A stretch of DNA of 64,000 nucleotides, taken from the NCBI RefSeq assembly GCF_964355755.1, contig NC_092678.1, positions 22,461,365 through 22,525,364 of the forward strand, written 5' to 3'. Source of the stretch: Antedon mediterranea (lineage: Eukaryota > Animalia > Echinodermata). Below, piece after piece: positions 38,409 through 51,580 of the stretch. The notes beneath the pieces are model-generated. The model searched no databases. It had not been told where the DNA came from and saw nothing but the letters and a program-made list of their open reading frames with translations. The position numbers and the translations under genes were made by a program. Positions within the stretch are counted from its first letter, which is position 1, and each line of letters begins with the position of its first letter.

Positions 38409-40285
38409 AATTAAGGCTGACAGCAGCGTTTTTTAGATTCATGGAATACAGTTATTTTGCTACATTAGGCCAAGTTTGGTCTCTACCTAAAGAACGTATT
38501 TGCCCCAAAAAATCCCTAGGCAATTGTGATATGAAAGTCGGTCTCACTCATACTGTAGATTGATAGTAAAGATGATAAGGCCTAGTTGCATTGTGCCTCA
38601 ACCGGTCATTGTGGGTGATTCAGGTCGGGTCAATCGATGTGTCATCGGTCCTTGCGTTGACCTACAGTACAGTAGATAGAAACTACCAAAACTGTTGAGG
38701 TGGGTGCCATGAAACATCACATCTTCCCTGCACGTGCACGATGAATTCAAACATACTGTAGTTTGGTTATATCGCAAATCAAAGCTGTATGACAGTACTC
38801 CAAGATAATAGGTAGTGTTGTGTATTACACTGCAGTACAGCACCTGTATTTCACTAACTTGACTATCCCATTGTCTTCTAAAATCTTTCTGCTTTACAAC
38901 AATTCAATTGGACTGGCCATAAAATTGGTTTTGTTTAGTAATTGTATTTAATTATTCATTAAATGCATTTATTTTTATGTTGGTGAATGGTTAGTTTGCA
39001 TTAGTTCATCCTCAGCATGTCTGAGTACAGTACATGGTTTGTAGTACAGTGTACTGTACAGTACTGTTACTAGTTGTCTCACGTACAATCTGTGTCTATC
39101 CTGAGCGGAAACTGCCCGTCCGCTCTGCGTTTTGTGTAAATGGTCATGAGGAATAACATACTGTACAGTCGATTCTATATTTTTATTACCGTTAATCACT
39201 CGTCTGTGTAAATTGACCTTTAGTGTACAGTACATGATAATATTCTGTATTGAATTAATGTACCTTGATTTATACTATTGGTATGTGAGATATGTAGTTC
39301 CTTGTTAGATCAGAATTTACTGCAGCTGTTTGTGGATGTCCTGTCATTGGCTTGATTGACCAGCATAATGACAGTGTCAGTTTTGTGGTGTCATCCATTG
39401 CAGGTGCCCTAAGTGTGTACTTATTATTATACTACACAGTACATTTAATGTATTGTATTGATATTTTTTGTTGTTTTATATATTGTATGTGTTTTTAAGC
39501 ATCAATAAAAACAAATTTCATGTTCGCCTTGTTGTGTTCATGACAATAAAGATTTATCTTATCTTTATTGCAGAATCACTGAGTGAAAGTGAGCGATATT
39601 TTGTTTCAATAGTAGACAAATTTACAAACTGCATGTAGTACAATGTGATACTGTAGATTACAGTACTGTATAATAGCTGCAACAACGATCCTGTACAGTA
39701 TGAATATTTATCAATGTATGTACTGTACCTTGATATATCTTGAGACATTTGAGGCTGTGTGCCTGTGTGTCCCTCCATCATTGGCGTAACGCACAGGGCA
39801 TTAATTATTTCGAAGACTGACAAAATAATAATCATCGTACAATATTTTGTTATTGGTATTCTGTGATTTAACAAATGTGGTCATGTAGTATGTTAACTAG
39901 CTACTGTAATCAGATACAGAATAGCTAAATATAAATTTCCAATTATATTTTTTCTGATTATCAATAAAAGTTGATTCTGTACGTCATCTAACGTCTGGTG
40001 GGCTTCACTCCACTGAATGTTCTATTTTGTGACATCAGAACCAAATTTCGGCAGCATGCAACTTTAAATAATTATTTTTAATGGCCTTATTGAATAATAT
40101 TTTCGAAAAAGCGTCATAAATACTTCATTAGAATAATTTAGAACAAATAATTATTTTCTTCATCATTATTAATATTATCAATAGTAGTTGTAGTAAACAT
40201 TAATGAAAATAATAAGTTGCTAAAAAAAGGTGTCGGTAAACAAAGCTTAGCTAATGAATGTAGTACTAACTGGGCATTTATAGTA

Positions 40286-40452
40286 AAGCGTGGTTCCCAC
40301 TAGCGACGCAACGCAAGGACGTAACGCAACGCAAGTGAATTGACAAATCACAAACAAGCGATGGCTTATTCGCTTGTGATTGCTAACTGTCTATAACTTC
40401 GCCTGTCATTGGTTAAAACGCTTGCGTTACGTTCTAGTGGGAACCACGCTTT
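40286..40452. mobile_element. Intact MITE family B (PIF/Harbinger-like, TWA flanks)
   Basis: taa-agcgtggttcccactag ... ctagtgggaaccacgct-tta, a perfect 17-bp inverted repeat. Confidence 0.85.
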
Positions 40453-43400
40453 AGTTTGGTCCCTATTGTAATTTTACAATTTGTAGCCCCGCCACCCCCA
40501 AAAACTCCCACCTTCAAAATCTCTGAATAGGGTTACATACACAGACATTTAAAAACCTGTTTACTTTACAGATACAGTACTTTACTAAAGTTAATTGATA
40601 AGTTTAATGCACAATTCATTTACGGTAATCTTTAAAAACACCTTGAAATCTTCTTTCAACAGAATAAATCACAATGGTTATCAATTTAAACTAAAATACC
40701 TCTTGTTATCAACAAAATAAATTAAAGATGTCAACAGGAATAACGTTTTAAGACCCTTCATGCCATTGGCTACTCAAATTGACCACTTAATATAAATTGC
40801 TCATTATATAGTGAAGTAATGGTAAATTTATTGAAGTTTTGTCACATTGTTGACCTTTGACACAATCAGGAATATGTTTCAAGAAACATTTTAAAGTGAA
40901 CATGTGACCAGAAGATCAGATCAGAACACATTAATGGTATCATTTTATGTTTCAATCATTGACCTTGAAAATTGATCAAATTCTCAATAAAAATGTGTTC
41001 TGTCTCTTTATTTGTTGTTTATTATTAATTTAATAATAAAACAGAATTAGTACTTTTTATAGTTTAATTTCTCTGAAAAGGAAGAAAAACCAACTTTTTT
41101 TTAAATTGTTTTCAATATGTGATGACATACTGTATTTTTACACTACAGTATACAATAATATATTATTTGTTATTAAATATTTAATAACTATATTATAATT
41201 TAACTTACTGTATATTAATTAACACTGCCACATACTGTAATGTGGACATAGTTATAGATTAATATCATATTAATTACCCCTGTTATTGAACTGTAGTCTC
41301 TATTTGTGATAATAGTAAATTATTTTTGCTGACATCAGCGGTATGCGGCGTCGTCGGCAAGTAAGCCTAGTGGTCCATGTCAATTTCAAGACGGTTATTA
41401 TGCTAAGTGATGAATAGATAACTACAAATATCTGAGGATCTTCAAATAGAGCCAGCTGTGGCAAATGATACGTTCTTAAGACACTTATTCTGATGATAAC
41501 GCAAGCAAGAAATACTCCTACAGCATTACGCATTGTAAAGGCTCATCTACAGTACAGTATTTTTCTATAAATGCTGCCAATTCTTATAAAAAAACAAAAT
41601 GTTTAACAATATTTTATGAGGGTGGTCCATCCAGCCGAAGTTGATCATTAGAGACTGTCACAAAAATACAATTTGTAAAAAAAAAGAGTTTATAAAATTT
41701 GTTTTAATTAATAAATAATTGATTATTGCTTGTTCAATTCTTATCAAAAAAAAAATTGATTCACCGATATTTATAAAAAAAAATGTTTCAAAAATATTTT
41801 ATGAGAGTGGTCCATCCAGCAAAAGCTAATCATTAGCGACCCTAAAAATACAATTTGACATTTTAAGTTTTAAAAAAATAGCGCTTATATTATAACTATT
41901 TTTAAAAATCAGTAAATAATTGATTTTTGCTAGTAAAGCTCAATATTTTCAGTATTTTACTATAAATGGCAATTTAAATTTAACATTAAAAATTACAACA
42001 ATTAATAATTACATTTAAAGAAATAGAATTTATAAAAATTAGAAAAAAAATGTATAAATAATTTATTATTGCTTGTACCCCACAATTAAATATTTTTTTA
42101 TTTAAGTTGCGCACCTTTTAATTGATTAAACTTTCAACAAGGCACACAGGGAAAAAATAACCAGAAAAGTTGCAATCAAGGGAAAAGCTCACTCTAAAAC
42201 AGCTCCCAATAACACAAGAAAATTATATTTTTATCAAATATAGAAAAAGATTTAATTGAATTAATTTTTTTGAGAAAAAAATGTGAATGGAATTGGATTA
42301 ACTTTTAGATTCAAATTTATAAACATGAAGTTAGCGTAGTTTTCTTTCTAGATGCTTTTGAAAATACTGTATCTTGATTGAGAGATCTTAACAGCATTTT
42401 TATCTAACAGTTGTTTTTATGTGAGCCATGAATCAATATGCTACCACATTAGAAAGTTCTCTGAATTCAAGAAAATTTGAAATCTAAATTCATAAAAAAA
42501 CCACGATAAATTGAAAGATATTGTGAAACTTCTGCTTCAATATCATCAATATTTAAAGGATATTGCATTTATTATTAATTAAATATACAAAACCACAACC
42601 AGAGTTATTGCAATTAGAACCTTATCATTGATCAATCATTGTCTCATGATTCGTATTCATGATGTCAATGCTGTACTGATGACATCATTGTATATTTGAT
42701 GACATCACTACTAACCATAATGACATCATGATTTATATTTCATTATTGAACAATCAATAGTAGAAGTGTATGACTCATGTTTGATTGTTATAATAAATAT
42801 TATAATGTTAAACTTGAACTTGCTAAAATAAAAATCATTAACAAAAGAAGAAGAACTGATACTATAGTGTACAGCAGTATGAATACATTGAAATTATTTT
42901 ATAATTACTAGACTAGTAACACATTTGTTCAGGGGACAATTTGTTTGGTCCCAAAATGTCCCTTAAATAGGTGTTAAATACAGAACTGGGCCAGGGAAAT
43001 ACTGTATAAGTATATTATTACTTGAGAAGTTGACATTTTTTTTTTTTCTAAACTGCCAAGATCATTTTTAAAAGGACATTGGAACGTGTAGGTACACTTG
43101 GATCAAACAACAATGCTGACCCAAAAAAAAAAAAAATTCAGGGAGAATTTAACATACTCTACACTCTGTACGGTTGATGTGAAATTATACTGTATATTAA
43201 CATTAATGCATATTATATAGGAATATATTTAATTGTATAAATAATTTTTATTTTATGAAAATAACATAAATAATATTTAAATCACTTTACTGGAATGTGA
43301 GCGTACACTGCAGTAGTAATAGTTATGTACGACAATGCTAAACGAGCTTTAATTAAGATGGCATAGCTTTGAAATGATAGTTATTATTGAATGTAAGCAG

Positions 43401-43487
43401 GTAGTTAGCATAAATCCAAGGACATTGTAATGTTTACAGGTAGTGTCATCACCAACAGCCTGGTAAATAATGAATGTGAGTAAACAA

Positions 43488-43686
43488 AAAGAGTGTGATG
43501 TGCCCAAATATGGTAGTGATATGCCCAAATATGGTAGTAATATGCCCAAATATGGTAGTGATATGCCCAAATATGGTAGTGATATGCCCAAATATGGTAG
43601 TGATATGCCCAAATATGGTATGGCATCATCATGTCCATGGCAGATCACATTTTTTGTCACAAAGTTTGATAGTGTAGACAAGGCTT
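43488..43686. mobile_element. MITE family A copy with ~6 internal 21-bp units
   Basis: (atgcccaaatatggtagtgat)n then right TIR agtttgatagtgtagacaaggctt. Confidence 0.9.
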
Positions 43687-44521
43687 TGGATCCTCTATTT
43701 TTACATGCTTACTGTATTAGACCAGAAGTTGTAAACAGACGGTTAAGTTTGGCTTTTTGAGTGTTTCTATAATATTAATATCTTCTTCTTTCCCTTTTCA
43801 GAGAATTTATTGGTTCAATGTATATTGTCTTTGGCCCTAATACACACAAATAAAAAATAACTATTTAAGATAATGGTTTCTTATTTCAAAGGCAAAGTAG
43901 ATGTATTTTCTTAAATTATAAGTAAAATTTGTGTTGGAAAGTAATAAACATAGCTTATTAATAGAAGGAAAAACACGAATAAATCTTGGAATAAAACTTT
44001 TTCTTAAATCATTATAAAATGTGCATTGCAAAATAAAATGATATTCATCCTCAACAATGTGCTTTTTACATAATTTACACGTTCTCTTATATCTTTCTAC
44101 ACCCTCCCATCTGCCCTTTTCAATTTCTAGCTCTAATATCCCTTAACGTAACTTAGTTTAAATAATCTTCTTTGTTTAAAATTAATGATGTTGGTCAAGT
44201 GATAACTTAACATATTTCTTTTTTATAAAGAGAAAAGAGCCTTAACTTATTATGTAAACTAAATTTTTGAATGCATATTAATAAGTAAGCCTTATAATTT
44301 TATTTTGAGAAACATGCTTTTATTCAGGAAGAGACAAAGAATTCTTTCCAAATATATTTCTGCGTTCTATTTATTTTTGTTTTAAATTTATTTTGTATCC
44401 ATTATAAAGTCTTCCTTTTTAAGAATGAGTAAAAATACACAATTTAAAATTTTTTCCACTCACACACAGTACGACCACTGTCCATCATGCATACAGTATT
44501 ATAGTACTTGTATTTTTGTAA

Positions 44522-44691
44522 TCTGTCTACACTATCAAACTTTATATGACAACAAAGGTGTTATGTGCCCATATATGGACACAATGATGTCATATCACTA
44601 CCAAATTTGGGCATATCACTACCATATTTGGGCACATCACACTTTTTTTGTCAAACTACTGTACTGTAGTTTGATAATGTAGACAGAGCTT
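44522..44691. mobile_element. MITE family A copy
   Basis: tctgtctacactatcaaact ... gtttgataatgtagacagagcttta. Confidence 0.88.
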
Positions 44692-47600
44692 TATTATAAA
44701 TGTGGGTCTATTTTATGCTTTGCTTATCTGAATTTTTTTTTCACTATAAATTATCACCAACATCATCCATTTTGATTCCGACTTTTTTTTAATGCATCAT
44801 ATAAATGTAATACATTGGATCTCTTATGAGAATGACAGTAACCCCATATAGCAAAATGTCAAATTTAATAGAGAATTTATGTATACCCATTGGTTTCTTC
44901 GTAGCCCTCCTATTGGCTAACGTCTCTTTCTTTTCATTAATGCGTCTTTTATACTACGACGGATTCATGCATTTTGTATGTGTGCTTACGAATAATATTT
45001 TCCTATGATTTTTTCAAATACTTTGATATTTAAAAATTAATTCGATAACCACTTCAAATGTGTAATTGTAAGAATAAACACAATTTTCCTATAGAACCTT
45101 TCTGATTGTTTTATAAATTAATAATTAAGACAATGTTGTATTAGATACAGTTAAATATTAATTGGATAATGTGATTCATCTATACTGTATGTGTTCATAT
45201 TCATTGCATGGAAAAGATTTTATGGAAATATCAGATTTCTTTTAATGTTATTTATTGAAAAGATGGATTATCCCCCAAACATGAAAAAAAAGATGAAAAT
45301 CACCTGGATAAACCAACAACAGCCTTCTCTCCGAAGATAGAAATACATTACAAAAATAAGAATACATTAAATTTCACACCCCTGTCGGATAATGGAATAG
45401 TATGTTTAACAGCGGCATCTGGTGAGGCACGCATCTTTCGTTCTTATTTATTTTCGTAAAACTATTGTGTGTGCATCTACAGTAGTCTAAATACAAGAAG
45501 ACTATAGAAAGAAATTAAATATTTAATTTTTTAACAAAAAATACTTTAAAAGTAATGATTTTGCTTATTAAAAAAAAGCTGTTGACTTTCAGACAATGGG
45601 CTTCCGGTTGGCTATTATTGTTTTCTCAGTTACCAGATTTAAAAAAAAATCAAATTCTTGGTCAAATCAATGCTTTGCCTACTGTATCCAACAAACACAA
45701 TTAAAAAAAATAGTTTTTCAAAGGGACAATAAGATAATTTTTAATGTAAACATTAACTCAAAATAATATATTGAAAAAAATATTTTGTGAATAAATGAAA
45801 TAGAATTGGAAAGGAGTTTATCATTGAAACATATTCCCTAAGCCTCAGAATGACGTTTGATTTAAGAAGCAAGGACACCATTTTCACTTTTATCTCCCAG
45901 ATGGCAGGATAGTAATACCTTATAATAAATATTTTAAACATTTTTATTTATACCTGGTTGATAAAGAAGGTTTAGATTAAAAATATGATGAGTTATTAAA
46001 CCACTTTTAATTAAATTTTCTTAGTCGCATTTAGTTTTTGCTTAAGTGTATTAAGGTCAACTGAAAAAAAGGTGTGTCAGCATTTTCGTTTTCTTTTCAT
46101 AATGAGAACAATTATGTTTTTTGCTTGTTTCGTTATCTCATCATGGGGTATAAAATGGCTTCGGAATTATCGCCAATCTGTATAATAAATCGTAAAATGT
46201 CTTGTGGCTGTTGGAAAAGTTGACTTAAATAAAATAGAATGATAAAAATCATTTTATTTTACTGTAGTGAAATTAATGTAACACACACAGAAGAAACATA
46301 TATTCTTTTTCATATTTTTTTGAAAATTGATGTTAGGTGGTTTAGTGGGATTAGGTTTGGTTTCTCTGCATTATCAGTATAGTATTAAAATTTGTTTTGG
46401 TTATTGTAGGATATTTTGTAGAATTCTTTTCGTCTTTTTTTTTTGTGTGCAAAGCTCCTCTTACCGTAAAAACCTTGGTATTGCACTACAGTAGGCGGCA
46501 CATATAAGACAAGCATTAATTTTAGGGTTTTGAACAGCGCCGATGGATAGAACCCTCGTTTTTAACAGCAAAGGAAAATGATGCTGTCAATCCTATCTGT
46601 CTGATGGACACAATCTGATGACTGTAAAGTGTGTTGTACTACAGTATACCATCAATTTTCCCCGCATTGGTTTATTGTCGTCTTCTGACTGAATTTTATA
46701 GCCGACAGTTTTTCAGATTAGATGTTAAGCTGTTGAGCTAATATACACAGTACTATATTGCTTCAAGTCCATTCCAACCCAATTTTGTCCAAGTATTGTA
46801 AAACATTTTTTTTTACCCACTCTAAAATCTTTTGAAGTTAGTCTGTGCTTTCTGATGTCTTGAATTGTATGCTGGAGTGTGCCTTATATTGTAGTTTATG
46901 TATGAGATGTTAATAAACTTGCATTTAAGCTATTAGCAGTCTTTCTCTGTGACCTTTAATATGAATAATAATTCTAATATTACTCAAGGCTTAGAGGGTC
47001 ATTCGAGGAACAACGAATATTTAATACTTATTACAGAATACATTCTTTATTTCTTTGAATATATATACAGTGTATTAGAAATATTCTTTATACAGAATTT
47101 TTAATAATTTTAAAAACAAAATATGTACTGTAAATAATAGTAAAATAGATGAACTCCAGATTAAAGAACAAATTATAAAAATTCAATTGAATTTTTGAAG
47201 AGTCTGATGAGCTTTACTCATCTTTTCTCATACTGTACCTTTCTTTATCACAAATTGTTTACAAAAAGTGTCGCCGAAAGCTAAAAATATTTGAATTTTG
47301 ATTTTATCTGAAATTATTCAGTGGATCTTTTTATATTCATTTTTTGAATAGAATATAAAAGTTATCATTTAATTTAAAGGAGAAAAATGTAGCTATTGTC
47401 TCTCCTTATGTAACACTATTCATACAATGCGTGTTGGATTTGATCATCTCATACCCGCATACATAAACTCCTAATTCTCTTACATTGATGTATGGTTTTA
47501 GAAGATCACTACTGCTGTATTTTAAACAGTGAGTCACATATTGTATTGTGTCTTTGTATTATCTGCAGTGATGAAATACTAAACACTGTACATTGTCATC

Positions 47601-48599
47601 TATCGTGTGTCATAAACCTTTAATTGATATGTATCATTGTGCTTATTAAATCTGTTTAACTTGATTAATCCCATGCGTATTTTGGAAGAATGTTTTTGTT
47701 TCGAATTATCTCGACGGACAACACTCTTTGCGAAGTGATTTTTATAATACTGTTGTCTTCTTACAATAATATGAACAGCTTTCTTGTTTTACTGTAGGCA
47801 GTAGTGAGTATGCATAATATAGAACACAATTAATACTAAACTACATAGCACCAGGTGTTATGCTAATTTGATTATGAATATCATAGTTATGCTAATGAGG
47901 CCAACTTTTGAAAATTAACAATGTTATATTGCCTTTTGTTTGCTATATGATATTTCTATGTTTTTTTGATAATTAATATAGGATAATCCATATAAAGTAC
48001 TATAATTATAATCATTATTAATAATGGTCATCATTTTGAAACTTAAGAATCAAATCGAAAATACATTTTTTGGGGGTTTCTTTGTACTGACCATTAATGT
48101 GCAGAAATCAGATTTTAAAAAAAACACTAATAATCATTAATATACAAATTATTATAATTTATGTAAAAATAATATTACATGTTTATGTTCTCAGATTGTA
48201 GTAAATTCAAGATTTAAAGAAATTAATTTACGTAAACGATAAATAATTATTTAATTCGAAACATCGTACCGTGTATGCAGTCTAGAATATTAATTGTGTA
48301 ATACTAATATTTAATCAAACACGCTAAATGTTACTTACTCCTACAGTATATGTTCCAACCTTACTGTAATACCCTTAATAGCCAACCAGAGTCTTTTCTC
48401 AAAGCAAATATGGTTGTAGTATTAATACTCACTAATTGTTTTGCTAATTTGCATATTGCACACTTAAATGAGTTCTACCTATATTATGCCTTGCCAGCAA
48501 AAAAAAAAAAACATCTAAAATACAGTTTATCTTTAATTGAAAATTAACATTTTATGGTAGTTAAATAATTGCGTAAACTAGTTAAAAAAACAAAGAATA

Positions 48600-49260
48600 T
48601 AGTGTAGTTGGAGTAACTGCAATGGAATAATTTAGTATAGTTAGCTGTAGTAACTGCAGTAGAATAATTTAGTTAGCTGCAATAGCTGCAGTAGACAAAT
48701 TTAGTAAGCTGCAGTAGAACACTTTAGTTAGCTGTACAATAGTAACTGCAGTAGAATAATTTAGTTAGCTGCACTAACTGCAGTAGAATAATTTAGTTAG
48801 CTGCAGTAACTGCAGTAGAATAATTCAGTTAGCTGCAGTAACTGCAGTAGACAAATTTAGTTAGTTGCAGTAGCTGCAGTAGAATAATTCAGTTAGCTTC
48901 AGTAACTGCAGTGGAATAATTTAGTTAGCTGCAGTAACTGCAGTGGAATAATTTAGTTAGTTGCAGTAACTGCAGTAGAATAATTTAGTTAGCTGCAGTA
49001 ACTGCAGTGGAATAATTTAGTTAGCTGCAGTAACTGCAGTAGAATAATTCAGTTAGCTGGACTAATTGCTGTAGAATAATTTAGTTAGCTGCACTAATTG
49101 CTGTAGAATAATTTAGTTAGTTGCAGTAACTGCAGTAGAATAATTTAGTTAGCTGCAGTAACTGCAGTAGAATAATTTAGATAACTGCAGTGGAATAATT
49201 TAGTTAGCTGCAGTAACTGCAGTAGAATAATTTAGTTAGCTGCAGTAACTGCAGTAGAAT
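48600..49260. repeat. 32-bp minisatellite agtagaataatttagttagctgcagtaactgc, ~20 units
   Basis: Seen directly; more degenerate at the left end. Confidence 0.95.
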
Positions 49261-50675
49261 AGATTGTGGCTCTTCAGCAAATTCATAATTTTGTTTTATT
49301 ATGATATTATGATTTCTTATAATTTTGATTTATCGTCTGATGTTTCAAAGAATCTTAAAAATGTTTGCATAAATTGTGTACATTGAATTATTTTTTAAAC
49401 TGGAAATGTTATAGTACATGCAATATCATTTGTTTTCCGTGTTATAATAATATTTAGATATTTTTACATTGTTCTTTATACATCTTTTGCATCAACTTGC
49501 TTGTTTTTATTTTGAATAATTCCAAAATGTGACCTACAAACTTGGTATTCCACTTGTCCGACCTTGTACAGGATTTGAACCCAAGCCATTGGTTTGGTTT
49601 GGGTACTGTAGTTGTATGATAGGGCGTGGTCTCTCACATGAAGGCGTGGCTCAGGCATGATACCTTAGTTTTTCAAGGGTCTAATTTTACTTTTTGAGTT
49701 TATACTTTCCTCAGAAAGGAATTTGTATGTATGGGCGTAGTCACCCACATGGAGGCGTGGATCATGCATGATACTCTCTTTGTTGAAGGGTATTTAAATT
49801 TTGAGTTGTACTCTCTCCTCAGCAAGGAAAGGGCCAAAGTCTGTTTATCCAGGTAGATATCAGTACTCATAGACTGCCATTCACAAACTGGTTTGTGTTA
49901 ACTTAGATTCTACATGTTCCTACGCATCATGGTTTAATAACTATTATGAAAATTGTGTTGTCGTACTATACATAATCCGTACAATCACTCTCAAGATTTT
50001 TATACCATAAACAAAGGTATTTAATTAACACATTCAGTAATATTCTATCTAAAACAGTTATTTAATACCAATACAATCTAACTGTATAGCATATTATGTA
50101 AATTATAATTCAACAATCACGAATGTACATTATAATCAGAGATTAAGTATTTTTCACTAATGGCGTCTGGCTTCCCCTTATAGATTTAATAATGTATATT
50201 GCTGCTGTAAGATGTCTCGGGATTCAAATTGGACTGTTTAATAACCAATGAATTTGTTGAAGAAATAATTTGAGCAGCGAAAATTAATGTAGAATAGTAG
50301 TAGTATAAGAGGAAACATTTATTACTGAACAAGGCATCTAATGAAACTTATGTTAATGTCATGGCAAGCAGAATGCCAAAGGTTATAATATATAAGTGAT
50401 AAAATAGCACATAAAAAGATTCGAATAAAAAAAACCTGCAAAATAAACCACGTCGAAATAATACAAATTAATGTTCATTTGAAACAATTGTGTGTAGTTT
50501 TTGTGATTTTACGTAATTAAAATTTGACTGTAATTAAATTTTGTTTATAATTTAATTTGGTTGTTTCCCAAAGTAGGTATTAGTGATTTGCAAATGTTTT
50601 AAGCATATTTCTCTTAGAGCACTATACAAGTACATACAAGTAAATATTCTAAACCTTCATACAGTACGTACAGTA

Positions 50676-50960
50676 GCGAGTGAAATGGTAGAATGGTTTG
50701 CCGTACCTAAAGAGCCAACAATATCGGCATGGGTTCGAGGCCAACTCACTCTTAGTTCTGATGGTGGAGCAAGTCTTCTTGGTTGGATAAGGACTATAAA
50801 CTGTACAGTTTGCCTGTTTCCACTTTATAGAACCTAGTTCATCATTCGAGAGGAGTAGGTGGTTACCCCAGTGAATTGGTTTACAAAAAATCACCCATGA
50901 CAGGTGAATTACTAGCTGTACAACACATTTGATAAGACAGTTGCGTAATTAATTTATTAT
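50676..50960 (+). mobile_element. Degenerate tRNA-headed Deu/Nin-domain-like SINE
   Basis: tggtagaatgg A box, gggttcgagg B box, ggataaggactataaac, tttatagaacctag, ggtggttaccccagtg. Confidence 0.7.
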
Positions 50961-51580
50961 TGGTAATCCTCGGCCATGTGCTTCAAGAAATTGTATAAAT
51001 ATATATTATTTAAATTTACAGATGTCCCTTTACTGAAATGTTAATAATAATTAATATTATTTATAAAAGCAAAAATGAAATTCTTAAAATGTTAGCACAG
51101 TCACAATTTTGATAATTCATTAAATGAAGTTGGTTTATCTTGTTAATATTATATTTCATTCTTTACCAATCTTGGCATACTGCCTCAGAACATATAGGAA
51201 ATTTTATCTGTTGTATAATTAATATCAAAATAACTATATCATCTTCTGTATTTCATTCATGACAGTATCCCTCATTAGCTGTATTTGTTGTCATAATCAT
51301 TAAATCATTTTTCCCCGGAGTTTTTACTTGCGTTTGTAGGTCATCACGTAATGACCGACTGTCAATCAGCCTACATACGCTAAATGGATTGATTGAATTG
51401 ATCTTATTTGAATATCTCACATAATATCAATTATCAATTACCTATACAAATTAATGTTAGAGAAAAATATTCTTCTGTCTTTGTCAGGCGGTATGAATCA
51501 TTCTGCGTTGGTTATCGCATTCTCTTAGGTCCAGAACTGATGATGCCGATTGTCCAATACTTTTCCAATCCATACTTTTT

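Noticed and set aside
43349-43760. ORFs with MPKYGSD / YHYHIWA / CPNMVVI repeats (also 23012, 26244, 44425)
   Set aside because: Translations of the MITE A internal 21-bp repeat
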